64,000 bases of DNA, taken from Lepidodermella squamata (lineage: Eukaryota > Animalia > Gastrotricha). The position numbers were made by a program, and so were the translations under genes. The DNA lies in the NCBI GenBank assembly GCA_047495785.1, contig JBLDXI010000031.1, positions 806,001 to 870,000 on the forward strand, given 5' to 3'. Below are positions 62,100-64,000 of the stretch, in pieces (the first letter of the stretch is position 1; every line of letters begins with the position of its first letter). The notes beneath the pieces are model-generated. The model worked only from the letters and a program-made list of their open reading frames with translations, searched no databases and was not told the origin of the DNA.

Positions 62100-63154
62100 T
62101 TAGAAATAAAAATAGCATTTGAAAACTGTTGAAAGAGAGAAACCGATTTATTGGTGGTCTATGTTACGGGTATTTACTGTAACATTGCCTTATAGACACA
62201 GGATTATGTAATTAATTGATAATACAGATTGGTATGTTTCATAAATACTGAATGTAATTCATAAATACAATTTGTATTTTCCTTTGTTTCATAAAATCAT
62301 GGGAAATTGTGATGTGAGGTGAGTTGACTTTGAGGGTTTTTGAAACTGGGGTGTCCCGAAGTGGTCGCCTGATGGTTTTCATAACACTTGAATATTGCGA
62401 AAATTTGGTTCATTCTTAGTCACCTTTCCAGGAAAAATCTTCAAAAATAGCGATAGCTGAGTTCGCTCGCATCCAATTTTATTCGACTGAAAACCGTCTA
62501 AAGTTGCAGTTGAGAGCCGAGTTCATGTAGATTTTGAAGAAATTATGAGAAAAAATGCTGTAAATTGAGTGACATTTTATAGTTTGGACGCGAAATGTTG
62601 GAAGTTTTGAGCATATTTTCCCTCACTGAAAAATGGAAAAAATGGAAAAGATCGCTAGGGGCCGCAGCCTGGTAAAGAATTTTGATTTTGGGGTCGCCAA
62701 GTGTTAGGGGTTTAGAAGGCCTGTACTAACCGTTTCCCCGTTGACTAGGCCTGTTTCAAATAATCTCTAATTATCACATTTCCATTAGCAGAAATAAGTT
62801 TCCTACCTTTTACAGTGTTGTCTAAGGTATGAATAATACGATAGCCGGTGATGTTCTAACCAGCTGCGAATTTAATCTATTTGAAATTCGATTCGCAGTC
62901 ATGCCCGATACATCAATCGGACCTCCATTCAATCCGAGTTTTTCATCATTATACCAGATGGCGACGCCATATGCGGGGTTCGTAATAAACGAAATGACCC
63001 TGAAAACGATAAGAAGAATTGGCAGGAACCCTCGATGCAATTTATATTAAATTCATTTCTGAAAAGGTGGTTGTTCACCGCGCAATCGCAGATGTACCAA
63101 TACACATTTCACAGTTATAACCTGAATTTCAGCGAACTCTCTGACGCTAAAAAT

Positions 63155-64000
63155 ATGAATCTGCGCATCATAGTCTATTTTTCAGCTGGCATAGTGGCAT
63201 CTTTTGCACGATTACCTGATCCAATTCTACTCCTGCCGCTCGACATGCAATCTGGATTCAAAGATTTGAGCGGGAAGTCTAAACAGCTAAGCGAACCAGC
63301 TCATCTGAGCATTAGCCAAGTGATGGCAGGTCCATTCGGTTATTTAGGAACTTCCGTTTCATTTTCAAGCAACGAACCGCTGATTTATAGCTTACCGTTG
63401 ATCGATAATTATCAGCCGTTGACCATTTCAATGTTTTTCTACTTCGACTCAACAGCTGGTGATGTCGACATTTTCACCTACGAGCGTCGAGATAATTATC
63501 TCTTTTTGTCTGTCAACGCTTCGGGAGGAAGGCTAATTTTGAGGAGTTTCGAGAACGGGAAAACAAGAAGCATTGCTGAGCTTCGCGAAGTCCGGCCTGC
63601 CAACTATTATTTCATCTCTCTCGCAATTGCATTCAACGGCGTGGTTCTGGTAACCATAGGTGTTGAGCCAAACTACTCTCTCGAAACTGCAATTCCTTTC
63701 GATGGTCATACTACCATTGGATCTGCAGAACCAAAACTGTACATCGGCGGTCTGAATGGAGCATCGAATCGCGAGCTTTTCTCTTGTGTTACAGCGTATC
63801 CTACGTGCATTTACGACCCATTAGTTACGAAACAAATTGTTGACTTATGCTTGCAGCAACACCGAGCCGCTTCTTCAACGCGCCAACGAGGTATGAATCT
63901 ATTGAGGAATGACAATGATAACTATTTAAGCCCTTCAAGTGAGCTTGTTTGCCCACCGATATACGGAGACCGAATGGCATGCTGATTTCGGCAAGCTTCA
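63155..64000 (+). CDS. Family member J, 5' part (signal peptide, LamG-like exon, start of SEA-like exon); runs off the window
   Basis: Closest to member I (PLDMQSG.KDLSG, AGPFGYLGTSVSFSS, NRELFSCVTAY); donor GTATGA at ~63891. Confidence 0.8.

Noticed and set aside
1-64000. CRISPR arrays or prokaryotic defence systems
   Set aside because: No repeat-spacer arrays; spliceosomal introns and metazoan gene families show the DNA is eukaryotic.

Overview
Eukaryotic (animal, probably a small invertebrate) genomic DNA that is very gene-dense, with short GT-AG introns of about 45-70 nt, so most ORF-track entries are exons. From left to right: an intron-containing tRNA-Ile(UAU) (three copies in the window); three tandem lipocalins, the first fused to a Kunitz domain; two NEK-like pseudokinase-ankyrin genes flanking two GABA-B-like class C GPCR genes; three divergent Cys-loop ion channel subunits; an MFSD11/UNC-93-like transporter; and an NLS-bearing ankyrin protein. 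From about 26 kb to the window end lies a rapidly turning-over array of paralogues with an ectodomain architecture I do not recognise from described families: signal peptide - LamG-like - SEA-like - LamG-like - catalytically dead trypsin-like domain - S/T stalk. The same ectodomain ends in four ways: TM plus an intact MET/RON-like tyrosine kinase (2 genes), TM plus a short Tyr-containing tail (1, transposon-disrupted), a GPI-type hydrophobic tail (2), or no anchor (1). Both RTKs sit head-to-head with a kinase-less paralogue. This receptor/co-receptor/decoy array is the best candidate for an undescribed system. Also present are several MITE-like DNA transposons, a 317-bp-arm palindrome and a near-perfect 4444-bp tandem duplication. 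All domain calls are by eye from motifs; no database search was possible.
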